DNA from: Eutreptiella sp. 'Long Island Sound 2002'
Taxonomy: Eukaryota > Protista > Euglenida
Length of the DNA: 64,000 nt
Reading direction: 5' to 3'
Assembly (NCBI GenBank): GCA_964036045.1
Contig: OZ038378.1
Coordinates: 30,318,001 to 30,382,000, forward strand
The notes below the pieces were generated by a model, which worked only from the letters and a program-made list of their open reading frames with translations, ran no database searches and was not told where the DNA came from. The position numbers and the translations under genes are program-made. Below, piece after piece: positions 48,400-60,797 of this stretch. The stretch's first letter is position 1, and every line of letters begins with the position of its first letter.

Positions 48400-49158
48400 T
48401 TAAACGCCACTCCCCACAGATACCGACGTGCCTCGTTGTGGGTTCGCACTGACATAAAAAAACTGCCCTTTGGGGGTGCCAATCAAGCGGACATATTCAC
48501 CGGCGGCAACCCCACCTGTGCAAATCATACCGGAGTCTCCCTCATTCTGGGAGTTCCTGTGCTGTGGGGCCTCCTGTGCGGGTTGGGCTTGTCCCTCTCC
48601 CTCGGGTTGGGCTTGTCCCTCTCCCTCATTCACATCCACCCCATCCGGTCCCTCCTCGGCCACATCGGGCATATGCAAACAAACCATCTTAGCACGAGTC
48701 GGTGACAACACACCGGCAGCAGGTTGCCGGCAGAATGCGTCGTTAATCAACACCCGATATTCTTGGAAGTTTGCGGTCATGTACGAAAGTGGTGGAAATA
48801 GTGGCCGGTTGCCCAGAGCCACCTTTTTCGGAGGTTGGAAATAGGGGCTGTTGTTAAACCATTGAGCAAGCATCTCAGTGTCGTACTTCACAGTGGACAA
48901 GATGGCCTTGTTTTGGTTGGAGTAACGCATCGGGAAAAGCCAGTCACCGTAAATAGCCCGGTCTTTGTGCATAACTGCACCTGCAAGCTCCTCGAGGGGT
49001 ATGCGACCGGAAACGGACAAATGGCAAGGTTGCCCCCCGACCGTTTCATGTTTCGAGGGCGTGCAGTCACCGATGCAGGCCATGGTTGTAATATCTTTTA
49101 TGCTCAATCTTTTGCAAAGAAGGGTATAGAAGAGTGCGTTACGTGGATTTGACTGCAA
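48400..49158 (-). CDS. Intronless ORF of unknown function with an EGEGQAQP duplication; may continue upstream into 49139..49372 by frameshift
   Basis: 252 stop-free codons of protein-like composition. No motif recognised. Confidence 0.45.
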   Translation of the reverse strand: MQSNPRNALFYTLLCKRLSIKDITTMACIGDCTPSKHETVGGQPCHLSVSGRIPLEELAGAVMHKDRAIYGDWLFPMRYSNQNKAILSTVKYDTEMLAQWFNNSPYFQPPKKVALGNRPLFPPLSYMTANFQEYRVLINDAFCRQPAAGVLSPTRAKMVCLHMPDVAEEGPDGVDVNEGEGQAQPEGEGQAQPAQEAPQHRNSQNEGDSGMICTGGVAAGEYVRLIGTPKGQFFYVSANPQRGTSVSVGSGV

Positions 49159-49657
49159 TTGTGGGGGAAGACGCGTTCAAGAAGGTTTTGAACATGTTCG
49201 GTTGGATGTAACTTTGCTCACGATGCACAACGTAGTGCCGCGCGAGTATCCACTGCAACTGTGCCTGAATGACAGCACTGCTGGGAGCCTCCACATTAAC
49301 GGAGGCAGCATTGACCACAAAGCACACAATGACGTTTTCCTCACTTATTGCACCCGACAGCAATACAAACAACAGACCTACATGGTGCAGACAACGCGGA
49401 GTATTTCATAATGGGGTACAAGTATGGGGGGTGTCGCATTTGGCACGGCCCAGATATTGCTGCGCCACTACCCTACTATTTTGGGGTTCACATGGCCCAC
49501 ATTTCGAAAAGGACCCTACATCGTACTACAAAACATCACCCTTATTTTGTGAGGGGACAGTTAGGGAGAGGCAAAATACCGTGGCACACCTATGGGTGAC
49601 GGACATATGTTCGCCGGTGTTGGACGGGGTGGGTGCGAGCCCCTGGCTTTGGACGTG

Positions 49658-50260
49658 CTAAATACGGTTGCCAACGGTTGGGGAACCAAGGCTGTCCTTG
49701 GGGTCGACCGTTGGCTGCTTGGGGTTTGGCTTGGGGGCGTTTGGGAGGGGGTAACACACCACGAGCGTCATCATGCGCACGTCCGCCTTCTGAGACACAT
49801 GCCGCCTCACCGGGGCGAAGGCAGGCTTTGCATGTTTTCCCGTGCGGGGGGTGGTAGTGGACCGCATGGGGAGGAGCAAGGTACGGCGATGTTCAAGAAG
49901 TGCGCCCAGCGTGGGTTGGCTAGCTGTGGCCTCGAATTGTACTGCTACATCTGGTCCTGCTGGTTTTCCCCTAAGGGGTGCATGGGCTCGAGGGCAGTTG
50001 GGGTCTATGGCAAAGGCAATAGCTAATGCCCTTTCAAGGCTTGGCTCAATAAAATGGCTCCGGCTGACATGCTCTCCCCTGAGGTACAGCTGGAGTGATC
50101 CCCGGCACTGCATCGCAAATATGTAGCGCATAAGCCCCGTATCTACAAGGTCGCGCATTGAAGATGGTTCAACGGTGTTGAGGAGGTGTTCGGTCCGCGG
50201 GGAGATGGGATCTTGCGCACAATGGCTGGGAGGGGTCGGGGGGTCTAGGGGTACAACCAC
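49658..50260 (-). CDS. Hypothetical ORF, co-oriented with the 45-49-kb cluster
   Basis: 200 codons, partly protein-like (LMRYIFAMQCRGSLQLYLRGEHVSRSHFIEPSLERALAIAF). No motif recognised. Confidence 0.3.
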   Translation of the reverse strand: MVVPLDPPTPPSHCAQDPISPRTEHLLNTVEPSSMRDLVDTGLMRYIFAMQCRGSLQLYLRGEHVSRSHFIEPSLERALAIAFAIDPNCPRAHAPLRGKPAGPDVAVQFEATASQPTLGALLEHRRTLLLPMRSTTTPRTGKHAKPAFAPVRRHVSQKADVRMMTLVVCYPLPNAPKPNPKQPTVDPKDSLGSPTVGNRI

Positions 50261-53200
50261 AGGGAGTCAGGTATGTGGTGGGGGGCTGTTAACAGTGGGC
50301 TGTATGGGGTGTGTGGGGTGCGTGGGGCGGGAAGGCCACAAACCATCAGGAGCTGAAACAAATAGAAAATGTAACTACAGGGCTTGAATCCTGAAGTTTG
50401 GCGAAAGCGGTAGCAATTTTCACGTCACACATCAGTGAGGGGAGTGCAAAAAAAAAAAAAAAACTGGACAGCCGCTGCCAGCTGGGTGTGCGGTCTATGA
50501 TTAAAGGACATGGATGCAGGATGCCCTCCTCGGTGGTCCTGAATGGACGAGGACTGCACACACCCATTGGGTTAAAGGTCTGTGGACCTTGGAGCCTGAG
50601 GTTGGACCCTTGGTGAATAGGCCCACAAGCGACACCGAGGGCAAAATGCCTGGAAATGCAGCACACCACCCAGAACCATCAGCAACCGCCTGACCTATGG
50701 TACACGAGGCACGGCCATAAAATGCAGGGGGCACTGGTGGAATCCGAGCACTGCACGCTGCTTTTTGCGGCACCTCCGGTCTCACAGTCTCAGCAGTGCA
50801 TGCAATACAGTGTGGTCCTCCGGATCCTCACCTCGTGGGGCCTGGAGCCAGCGCAGCGGATACAGGGCGATATGATCTGCGACTTAGGGGATGCACCCCA
50901 ACAATTTGACGTGGCGGCAAAAGGCTTGTTTGGAGTGACTCCCAAAAGTAACCTCGGTCTTCAAAACTGTACTTCACCAACTGCAATGGTACGGGAACCT
51001 CTGTGGATTTTGTCCTTTGTACATGGCTGCTTCAGGGCTGCTTCTGGGTTGTTGCATGCACCGCTCCATGGTTCAGTTGCACTGGCGGTTTGGGCTTTTG
51101 TTGCCATCCTTTTGCCATAGCCTTCACATCTACAGGAAATTGTGTCGGAGTTATCTTATGCCAGTAAGGCATTGCTATGTCGCAACTGTGCTTCAACTGT
51201 GTCGTCTCAAAACATCTTTGCGGCAGGACCCAAACGAAATACCTCATTTGTTCAGTGCGGTCAACATTCCATCGCCTCACACATGCCCCGCAGCGTGAAA
51301 CAGGCACAGGAGCAAGCGCAGCCAACACCCTAACACCTGCACAAAAGCACACAACAGCCATATGCCACAGAAGCCTTTCCGCAGAGCATTGGATTCAGTG
51401 GTAAGAGCGGTTCTGTGGGTAACGTCTCAACCCCCCATGAGCGGTGCACCTGCGTCATAAGGTCGAGAATTGAACAACCAGTGCAAAGGATGACCGGAGG
51501 ACCATCAATAGTGTTGCACTGTACACCCTCTGTTTTGGTTTTGATTGGCAGCATGAGGTACAACGTCGGACATGATTTGGTGCACGCCATGTTCAGGGAT
51601 CGACCTCTAGCCTCATGCCACCGCACAGCAATTGGGAAAGTTTGCATTGATGGATCAATTTGGCATGTCCGATGCGCTGTGCCCTCGTGACATGCGTCTG
51701 CACTTCAGATCCATTGACAATGCATGTGTAGTTACTTGAGATTGAACGTTTGTGCAGGCGACCGCGCTTGGGACGTGTTTCCAGTTTTGTGCCCTTCATC
51801 ATGGACAAACTTGCACCACAGTTCAGCAGCTATCCAGGCAGGGGGGGTGGGGAGAAAGGCTCGGTGGGCGTGCCAGCTGGTACGGGCATGCAAACTGGTT
51901 TGGATTTTCAGGAGTGTCCACGTCGCTTGTACACAGACGGTGGGGAAAATATTGTTGGTATGCAAGAGTGGGGCTGTCGTCCCTCTGTTCACAGGTGCTG
52001 CTGCTGCCGCCCCTCGGCGTCCCTCCCAAGCCGGGGCCGGCCATGTGTCACACTCAGTCCTTCCCCATGACCCTGAGGTGTGGAGGGTGCTCACCACCAC
52101 TTTGGGGGGAACTTTTCGGGTCATGCGACTTGCTCCCCCAGTGGGCCAAAGCCATCTTGCAGGCGGGGGGGGGGGGGGGGGTGAATCAAAGGCGGAGTAG
52201 GTTTGGTGGCTGGTACTTCCGGCTTCATGCATTTGGGTGTGTGTTCTATGAAGACGTGCTGTGTGTGTGGTGCTGAGTATGTATTTGGAGGGGGGGAGTT
52301 CAAGTCAGTTCAGGTCACTTCTGGATCCCAATACCTGCGGCGTGAGCAGGGCGGTCAGGATCCAGGGGGGTGGGTCAAAAATACTTCCAGTTTTGGAGGC
52401 ATTTTGAATTGCCTGTTTCATTCCGAGCATTTTGAAGACACACAAGTCGGGGGGGAAAATCATCGGATGACTGCTGAAGTGGTGTGCGAGTATCGAGACT
52501 CACACGACTGCCAACCGTGTAAAGAAGCCGCCGTGCAGGCCCATTGGCAGCACTGCTGTCCCCCATTGGCGTAGGTTGGGGGCTCTGAAGGCGGCAATGA
52601 AGCAATGGATACTTCGCCACCGAATGCCCCCGTGTCACAGGGAGGCGTCTGGAGGCGGAGGGGCCTGGGGGGGGGGGGGGCACTACATGTCACCGCCTCC
52701 ACCCCAACAACCACAGAGTTAAACAGCATTGTTCACGGCTGTAGAGGGTCAGCGAGGATTGTGGACCTCTGCTCGAACCCGGGATAACGAGAATTGCAGA
52801 GGGTTACAGGGGTTGGAGAGGTCGTTTCCGCGGTGGAGATTAAATCACCTCGCAGAGGTTGTTAGATCAAAGCCACGCCGACCCGTATATAAGGGAAAAC
52901 GCCACATACCCCCCCTTTTGGGCCTTTTTGGGGCCATTGTGTACCCCACCTCAAGGGGTTGAATTGTTTGTTTAACCCCTTGTAAAATCATTATTTTGTC
53001 CAACAAACACATCACCCGATGGGTTTTTGGTCCAGACCCCCATAGAACCCCTCCACTTTTTTGAGCTTTTGAGGGAGGGAGGGGGGGGTCGTCAAAAATG
53101 TTGAAGAAATACCCCCCCCCCCCTTTTTGTGTCCGAAATCATGAATCTTTTGGTTTTTTTCTCAATTTTGAGCCGAAAAAGTGTTTTCGGGTCCCGACTC

Positions 53201-53450
53201 CATGGGGTTTGTACGGAGTGGGACGAGCGCTCATGCAGTTTTAGCCATTTTTGCTATGTTGGCGACCTTGGTGACCCCGTGTTACCGACTCTAAGGGATG
53301 CGAGTGGGGATGTTGTGATTGTACATGCCTACTAGGAGACGAAAGGACGCTTTTTGCAGTCTCTAGCCTTGCTGAGGGCCAGTCAAAACCCGTGCCAAAG
53401 ATACGAAATGACTGTTTCCACCAATAATGGCTTACATGAATGGATGGGAC

Positions 53451-53808
53451 GGTACACAACCTGCAGATGCAGTTTTTCACCCTGGGCAGCTCAAAAATCC
53501 AAGTTTCCGAAACTTATTTTTTTGGTATCGTGAACACACAAAATGACCATCCAAGGTATGTAAAGCATATTTTAGGCAATATCTATGTGTTTTTCACCTT
53601 ATTTGGGTATTGGGTGCGGGGGGGGGGGGGGGTCTCCCAAGGGATTGGTACACAACCTGCTGATGCAGTTTTTCACCTTGGACAGCTCAAAAATCCAAGT
53701 TTCCGAACCTTATTTTTTTTGATATTGTGATCAGCTAAAATGACCATCCAAGGTATGTAAAGCCCGTTTTAGGCTGTATTTATGTAGTTTTTACCCTTGT
53801 TTGGGTGC
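53451..53808 (+). repeat. Two diverged direct copies of a ~165-bp unit (offset 196 bp)
   Basis: ggtacacaacctgc.gatgcagtttttcacc...cagctcaaaaatccaagtttccgaa...aaaatgaccatccaaggtatgtaaagc at 53451 and 53647. Confidence 0.9.
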
Positions 53809-55657
53809 GTGTTGCTCGGGGTAGATTCTCTGCGAGGTGGACTTGCCGAAGGCAATAGAATTAAAAACGACTTGCGTATGTTCTGCAGGGTGCCGTGCGT
53901 GATGCATCATGATGATGACAACGAAGATGATGTCGTAAGTGCATGACGTTGCCGCATCAATGTCCTGGGGCTTCATACCGAGAACACCGCAATGAAGGGG
54001 AGACAATGAAGATGGCGTGACGAGGACACCCCCACGCAGGCAATGCAAGGGCAGTCTCGGATCTGCAAACTGGGGCTGTGTAGCCAGATGCAGCCCTCCT
54101 GAGGTCTCCTGAGGTGTGGCCATTGTTCTGCAAAAGCAACGGCAAGCCACTTTGGAGTACATATCAGCCCCAGTGGCACCGTGTGCCCCCTCATAGTACG
54201 ACCTCTTTTACAACATCGCGAATCATCACCGCAAAGGCTGAGGCTGTGATGGCGAAGATGCCGAACAGCACAAATATGCAAAACTGGTCGATTTGCTTTT
54301 GCGTGAGGTACTTGTACAACATTCTGTAAGCCTGCACAAAGAAATGCACAGCACCTACATATGGTCTGTCCCACAGGGATGAATACTGCTAAAATGAGTG
54401 GGGAGTGGGGCGGGAATAATCTGCAGACGAAGTCCCGGGCAAATGGTATCACAATCTGAAGTTTGTATCTGTGCGAACTTCTGTTTACATTGACATTGTT
54501 CAAACTACCACACAACTTAATGCCGCCTCAATTTGCTTTCAAAGACCTCATCGTGCTTGCACAGAGTGGTCACTTTCCTTACATAACTTCTCATCACGCC
54601 ATGCCGTGGTGTGATGAAAACTGATGTCAGGAAGCTGATTGCTCTGTGCGAGCATTGGTGATAAGCTGCCAGAACCATAAATTGGGGTTGGGGTGGGGTG
54701 GGGGGGCTTAGCCTGTCGAGGTGCACCAGCTGGGGTTTGAACCAGCACCCTTTCCATCACGAGTCCATGCACCACCTAGGTGCATCAACATCAACAGGAC
54801 TGAAGGTGGTCCTGATGCAAAGGCAAGATGTCCATTGGTGCTCTAGTGGCCATTTGACGAAAATGGCGGATATGGGACTCAAGGAGCATCCCAAATGTGG
54901 CAAGGAACAACGTGGCCAGAAAAGAGACATCAGCAGGATTGGACCCTTCTCTACAGCCACATGCAAAGGCATATCCCTCTCGCCCGACCATTTGTGGTAC
55001 ACCTTTTTGACTTTTCCCATCGATGCTTCCACGGCTTTGCTAAAAAGGGCCACCAAAGAGCGAATGAAGACCTATATACTCAGTGACCCTTGAGGAAGGC
55101 CCGGTTGCCTCCTTTGGGGAAGGGATGTTGGGTGTGTTTGTGTTGCTACATCAACAGCGGTCATGATCAAACCTCGACAAACGTCCTCAATCGCTAAGCG
55201 GTTATTTTGTGTAGCATACCGTTGCACCGCTGATTCATAGGGAATAACAAGAAAGAAGTATTATATAGTGAACGTGGTGGGCACACAGAAGCAACAAAAT
55301 GGACTACAATTGCTAGGACTCCTCTATTTGAGTGTACAAACAATGCACCTTAATTTTTTGCAATTCAACAGATTTTTGCGTCCTTGACGATCATTGGGCT
55401 ATAACTCAAATTTGGGGGCTGTCATTTTAGTGTTCCCCTAAATTTCGCACCCTTTGAAGCCTTAAGATTCTTGAAATTTGTTCTAAACGCTCCCGGGTCT
55501 GGAAGGGGCCTTTGTGGTTAGGGTTGTTGTACTATTAACAAGGGTCAATTGGCATTTTAAGGTCTCGGACACTCTTGCGAGCTATAAGGGAGAGGATTAG
55601 CGGGTTAGAGCCTCCATGCTGCCTGCCCGAGCCCACCCCTGCCCCCTAGGTGTAGTA

Positions 55658-56731
55658 CATAGGTCGACAAGCCGTGAAGACACGTGATGCACTACTCCCG
55701 CCCCGTCTTTTTTCATGTGGTGCATATGGGCAGTTGTTCGTCTCATTGCCCTCTTCCGGGAAGCAGCGGGAGCTCACATTCTCGATGGCAGAGCACTTAT
55801 CCTCCCTGAACACCGTCAAGCGGTGGCATTAGCATTAGACTTGGATCCACATGCCATTCCCCCATTAACCCCGTACAGCTCCGCAGTGTTTTCCCCCTCG
55901 GGTGTGGAGTTCCACACAGGCCGAGAGGGGCACGTCTTTGGCCAAGTATGCCACAGTGTTGTGCACTTTGTTCTTAAAACCATGGCGCACAAAGCCCGGA
56001 GTCTGACCGACCTCCTCATGGTCCTCGACACACTGGAGTTTCCCCTTTGAGTCTCGCCTTCCTTGAACGCTCACATACACACACACACCACTTACACATC
56101 ATGCTCCCCCTCTAAGCGGCCGTGGTTGCCACAGGGGTGACCTGTCATTTGCAGGACTGCGTCATGGTTACCAACGCTCTCCTGCCTGTGCCCATGCCCC
56201 CTCCCCCCCTCCCCGCAGTAGGTGGGCCCCTCAAGTGACAATTCATATAATGCCGCACCACCCACATCCCAACGAAGTAGAGTTCCTACAGGCCATGGTT
56301 GGGCCGGTGGTGCTCCTGACCCGGCCTTCAGATGTGCAGCCAGTTCGGAGCGCCTTGGGGCGCGACCTCAATGCCCTGGACATTTGTCACTATATGCTCC
56401 TGTGGGACTCTTCAATAGTCAGCACCTTTCCCCAACGCTCGCATTTTCAGTGAACTGACAACTCCCTTATGCCTTGTCTCTTTGCCCAAAGAGGGAGTTG
56501 GCCGATTTGTCTTGCAATGTCTTGCACCGCACCTCAGTGGGCCGACCGCCTGGCCGCAACCGACTGCACGCACGTCTCGCACTTAGGAAGGCATACACCC
56601 AGGCCGGTAGCTTGGCTGGGCACCCGCTAAGAAGGTGCCCTGCGCGCCTATCTCCCCAGAAGAGGCGAATCCGTTGGTCTGTAAGACCAAGTTCGGACAG
56701 GGAGGAATAGCTCAAAGCCCAAAGCCCAGGG
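55658..56731 (+). mobile_element. ~1.07-kb insertion flanked by a 15-bp direct repeat; possible 5'-truncated retroposon
   Basis: CCCCTAGGTGTAGTA at 55643-55657 and 56732-56746. Internal plus-strand coding-like fragments (55715..56050, 56235..56453, 56474..56710) lack diagnostic motifs. Confidence 0.4.
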
Positions 56732-56749
56732 CCCCTAGGTGTAGTAAGT

Positions 56750-57950
56750 GGGCGACACACCCGCCGTCCAGTCTGGTTGCTGTGTGAGTGCCCATTCTAT
56801 GGGAGCGCTTGCGAAGGCGCTGACCTCTGATGGGGGTGAGCTCCATTTTTGAGCCGTCTACAATGAAGTGCTTGTATTGGCGTACAAAATCATCGGGGTT
56901 AGGCTCCGGAGAGTTTGCATCTTTTGCCCATTACTAGGTCGAAGAAGTCATGCAAAATTTCATCCATGCGTGAAATACTGGATGTGGGCTCCCCCGTGTA
57001 GGGATCCTTTAGCATAACTAGGGGGCCTGATATTCATTTTTGATCCACTGGTGGACTCCTTTTGGGTGGTCCAACCAAGGTGTACCCATTTTCTTTCGCC
57101 ACTTGCCCAAGCGTTCTTGCTCCTGCTGTTTAGCATAACACCTGCCCAGCAACTGCACTGAGTCATATGAGGACATGGCATCTACAAGATTGGGTAATGG
57201 TCGCGGCATTCGGGCCTTGGGGTCTAGGGTGAGATAGGCAAGGTGCCGGAGGTTCGGGTCCCCCCGTACCAATTTTTTTTGCAAATGTCTGCACGCAGAA
57301 TCCGAATCCCATCGTATCTACAATGGAACTGCGCCCAGCTGTGATATGCCCCGCCTAGGTTTGCGTCCATCACAGTGACGTCCATGTTTGCCAATCGCAT
57401 TTTTGGCCCTACAAATGGCAGGCATCAACGATCCAAAAGCAGTTGCTTTTTTGAAAGCAGTCATGTGCAACGGGCACCGTGTTTCGTTGTTTTGTCGTGG
57501 CCCATGGATGTTTCCTTCAACATCTTGTCCCCGCCTGTCCCCCTGGCCAGGGTAGGGGGTGGCAAAAGGGAGGGGGGTTGCCGTGTCCTTGTTGAGTGAG
57601 TCACAGCTCACGGCCCGGCCCGTTTCCTCGGCCAGCCATGTCCAAGTTTCACAGAGCTTGTCCACGAAGGCCTTGGAAGCAATCATGTCATCCTGCTGCC
57701 CTTGGTGCGTGTACCCTAAGCTACATGCAGAATCATTGCGTGCATATCCGAATCCACAACGGGTGGGTCCCATGCCCCACCTTCAGTCAAACCGACCATA
57801 AGCCTGCACAATCCAACCATGAGAACATCGCCCTCGGAGACAACACTCATCACAGACCTACTAAAGACCTGGTGCTTTGGCCGAGGGCACAACAATGGAC
57901 AAAGGAACCAGCAATGGACAAAGGAACCAGGTACGGTGACCTTGATGGAA
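56750..57950 (-). mobile_element. Decayed LINE fragment (linker plus start of RT)
   Basis: ERLGKWRKKM...KGVHQWIKNEY, LKDPYTGEPTSSISRMDEILHDFF and ALPRMGTHTATRLDG (GxDG pre-RT motif, ~56770). Confidence 0.65.
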
Positions 57951-59759
57951 TAGGCGCTCGATTTTGAAGAATTTGCGACCCGAAATTTGGTGCGGTGTCA
58001 CAAGCAAGATTCAGGGGGCACTCACTATCAATGCAAGAAAGGGCATGCATTCTCAAGATCGCCCTATGCACTTTACAAAAACTGGTGAAATCAGGGACTT
58101 TGGGTGAGTGCGGCGCACACATGGCACGATACTTTTACAGTGGCTTTACTGGAATGGGTTGGGTTTTACCCCCTCCCAAAATGCCCCCAAAGGATAGCAA
58201 ACCCTTACCCGTGTAAACACCCCTTCTTCCCACAAGAATTGCACCAGCAAAGGGGCAACTCGCGATGAAATAATCTGCCGTGTGTAAGCAATCCATCCCC
58301 ATGTGTGGGGATGGAGGGACAAAGTGTGATAGTATGGCGGAAGATGTAGACACATGCCTCTAGCTGGAGGTTGGATGGTGACACAGGGTGAAAATATATA
58401 ACATGGCCCCTTGGGAGCAACCACCGCTCGAGTTTGGGGTCTGGGTAACCCGGTATCCGTGCTGAGTTGTTGAATTTTCCTACCCTTATCCTAATAGCAG
58501 GGGTTGCTTGGTTGGGATGGACAACTATATCTCCACGCCGCGTCAGGTGCTCCCCCTTTGCACCCCGCCTAAATGATCACTCAAGCGAATTCACTGGTAT
58601 CCTGGGTAGCACATCGCCCATTTGGCACGATATTGTGAGATCACTTGGAGCCCACGCACGCACACGCGAGCGCGTGCACACTGAAAGGAAGAATATTTCA
58701 TCATTGAACTTTCAAATTCCCTTTTGAACTTTGCTTCCTCCTTTCATCTATTCCAGGGACTCCTCCTTTCATCATTTCCAAAGGTGACATAGATTCTTCC
58801 TCCCCTTCTATTATGTGCACGGCACCCCAATTAATGTATCTTGGTACTGCTCCATCCATTTTCTTTGTTGAGATTGACTTTCAAACTGCTCAGCCGGTAC
58901 CTATTATACCTATTAGACCAAATGACCAATGGGCACTGGGTTCGTCCTTTGAAAAATACCCAGGGACAACCCCCAAAACAAGTGCACATGTAGTATGATG
59001 CGGAACTCACCCCACAGTGTGAATGTTTTTGCACGAGGCAAATGTTGTGCTACTCATGCTTCTGTATGATATGCACAATGGAGTACAAAGATAGCTATCA
59101 TGCCTGACTAGTGGACCCAAGACTTTCCGTGTGCAAATGAGTATAGCAAGATGAGTATAACAGTATGACCAAGCAGTCCATAACCAACAGTTCAGAGGGC
59201 TACTCTCTTAAAGTTCATTGAGCAAGGTGTGTTCGGATGAGAAATCAAGTTTGCCTAGGGGATAATCAAACTCCATCTCATCTTGGTGTTGCTAGATCCA
59301 GTGACTCTTCATAAGTTTTTCGTGAGAGCCCGCAGTGGGTTAGTGTTTGACACATTTCCAATGCACATAGTGTGAGGCGGGAAAGAGGTGTGGGTTTAGC
59401 GCACACTCTTTTCGGTGTAGTGGCTGGTGGTGGCGGGGATGGGTGTTACTGACACGTAGTGTGAAGGTACGAGGTATCCCCATGCAATATGCTCACCTTG
59501 TCACACCAAGCACCTGCGATCATCTTGACCCCTCCAAAACACCATCCCTGGCCAGGGAAAAAACTTATATAATGGTCCACCAAAGATGGAACGGCTAAAT
59601 TGGATGGTTCCGAAAATTGCGGAAACAAAGTAGCCGATTAAGATCCTGCACACTTTGCGTACAGGGGTTAGCGCAGAAGCCGGACGTGGTGGAACCACCG
59701 TGCCGCACCCCAAGCCTTACCCTTAGTGTACACGGTGCGAGAGAAGGACCCGCGCCAAG

Positions 59760-60650
59760 GGCTTAGGTGTCTTCACTGCTGGCTCTCCCGTGCCCCCCGT
59801 ATGGGCCGCCCGCTCCTCCCGGGGGCGCTGACGCGCCCCCCTGCTCCACATCCCTGGTCGTTGCCACCGTGGCCGTCCTAGTGAAACCTAAAGCGAAAAG
59901 GCCGCGCATGGCTGCCGGGCGGCGCTGCTCTTGCATGGACGACCTACCTGTCTTGCTTGCCCGTGACACCCTTGAGACCCCTCGTCCCCTCTTGGTCTTG
60001 CTGGGTGTGGAGAGCCCCGGAGACCCGTCCTACACTGCCCGCTTACCCGCGGTTGTTTGGCGGTGGTTCTGCGGGAGCTGTCTGTGGCCCCCCTTGCCCC
60101 CCCCCCCCCCTCCTGCGTGGGGCCACCAACTGGCGGCCCTATTGCGCTGCCCCCCCCCCCCCCCCCACCCCAGAGTGGAAGTCCGGCGTTCCCTGTGCGC
60201 GACTCGGCCACGGCGGTCGTGCCTTCCCCTGCCGACATCCGGTCGCCGGCGGGAGGGCCTGGGGCGGGTTATCTCTTGAGAGGGGGGGAGGGTGGGCTCT
60301 GTCGGTGCCCCCCCCCCCCCCCTTCCGCGTTCTCGGCCCCCTTGGAACGTTTTTGCTGGTGTTGCTCTTCTCTTGCCGGGCGGTGCTCTGCCGCCCTCTT
60401 CATGCCCGCGCTTGATCCCGGCCGGTTGCCGGGCTCCTGTGCTGATCGAGACGGCGACGCCGAAGGTGCCGATTGTGCGGCCGGGTCGCCTGGACTCTAC
60501 GGCCGCTGCAACCAACCGTGCATGCATGTGGCTGCTGACACCTGTTCCACCTAAGACAGCTTCCGCATGCCCGGTCGCATGGGCGGGAAGAAAATTGCTC
60601 TGCAGGGGGGGGGGGGGGGACATGAACGCCCATTTTCCAACCCCCCCCTC
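59760..60650 (+). mobile_element. GC-rich probable LINE 3' fragment related to the 3' end of the 61790-64000 element
   Basis: Shares aaaattgctctgc-G(n)-acatgaacgc (60591-60629) with the reverse complement of 61821-61854, plus weak upstream similarity. Confidence 0.35.
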
Positions 60651-60696
60651 CCTCCTTGGTCGCCGTGTCGGAACCATAGTTACCGAGTGCCAGCGG

Positions 60697-60770
60697 GGGT
60701 GGTACTTTTGTTTAAGGGTACGATGACCCCCGGTCACTTCCGGCTGCCATGCAGCGCCCCACCCAGGCCT
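60697..60770 (+). repeat. Dispersed ~75-bp repeat also found at 38588-38661
   Basis: gggtggta.tt.tgtttaaggg.ac.a.gacccccggtc..ttccggctgc.atgcagcgccccaccc.ggcct at both sites. Confidence 0.8.
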
Positions 60771-60797
60771 TACCGCGGCACCATGGAGATTGGCGTC

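Noticed and set aside
48400-49372. Polinton-like virus or virophage major capsid protein
   Set aside because: Considered because of the compact ORF cluster, but no capsid, packaging ATPase or pPolB motif could be recognised. Left as unknown.
52969-52985. piggyBac left end (TTAA followed by CCCCT)
   Set aside because: No matching right end and no transposase remnant were found downstream.
50400-55100. Assorted ORFs suggesting pPolB, KDZ transposase or recombinase motifs
   Set aside because: Only isolated 3-5-residue resemblances in different frames and strands, with no ordered motif series.
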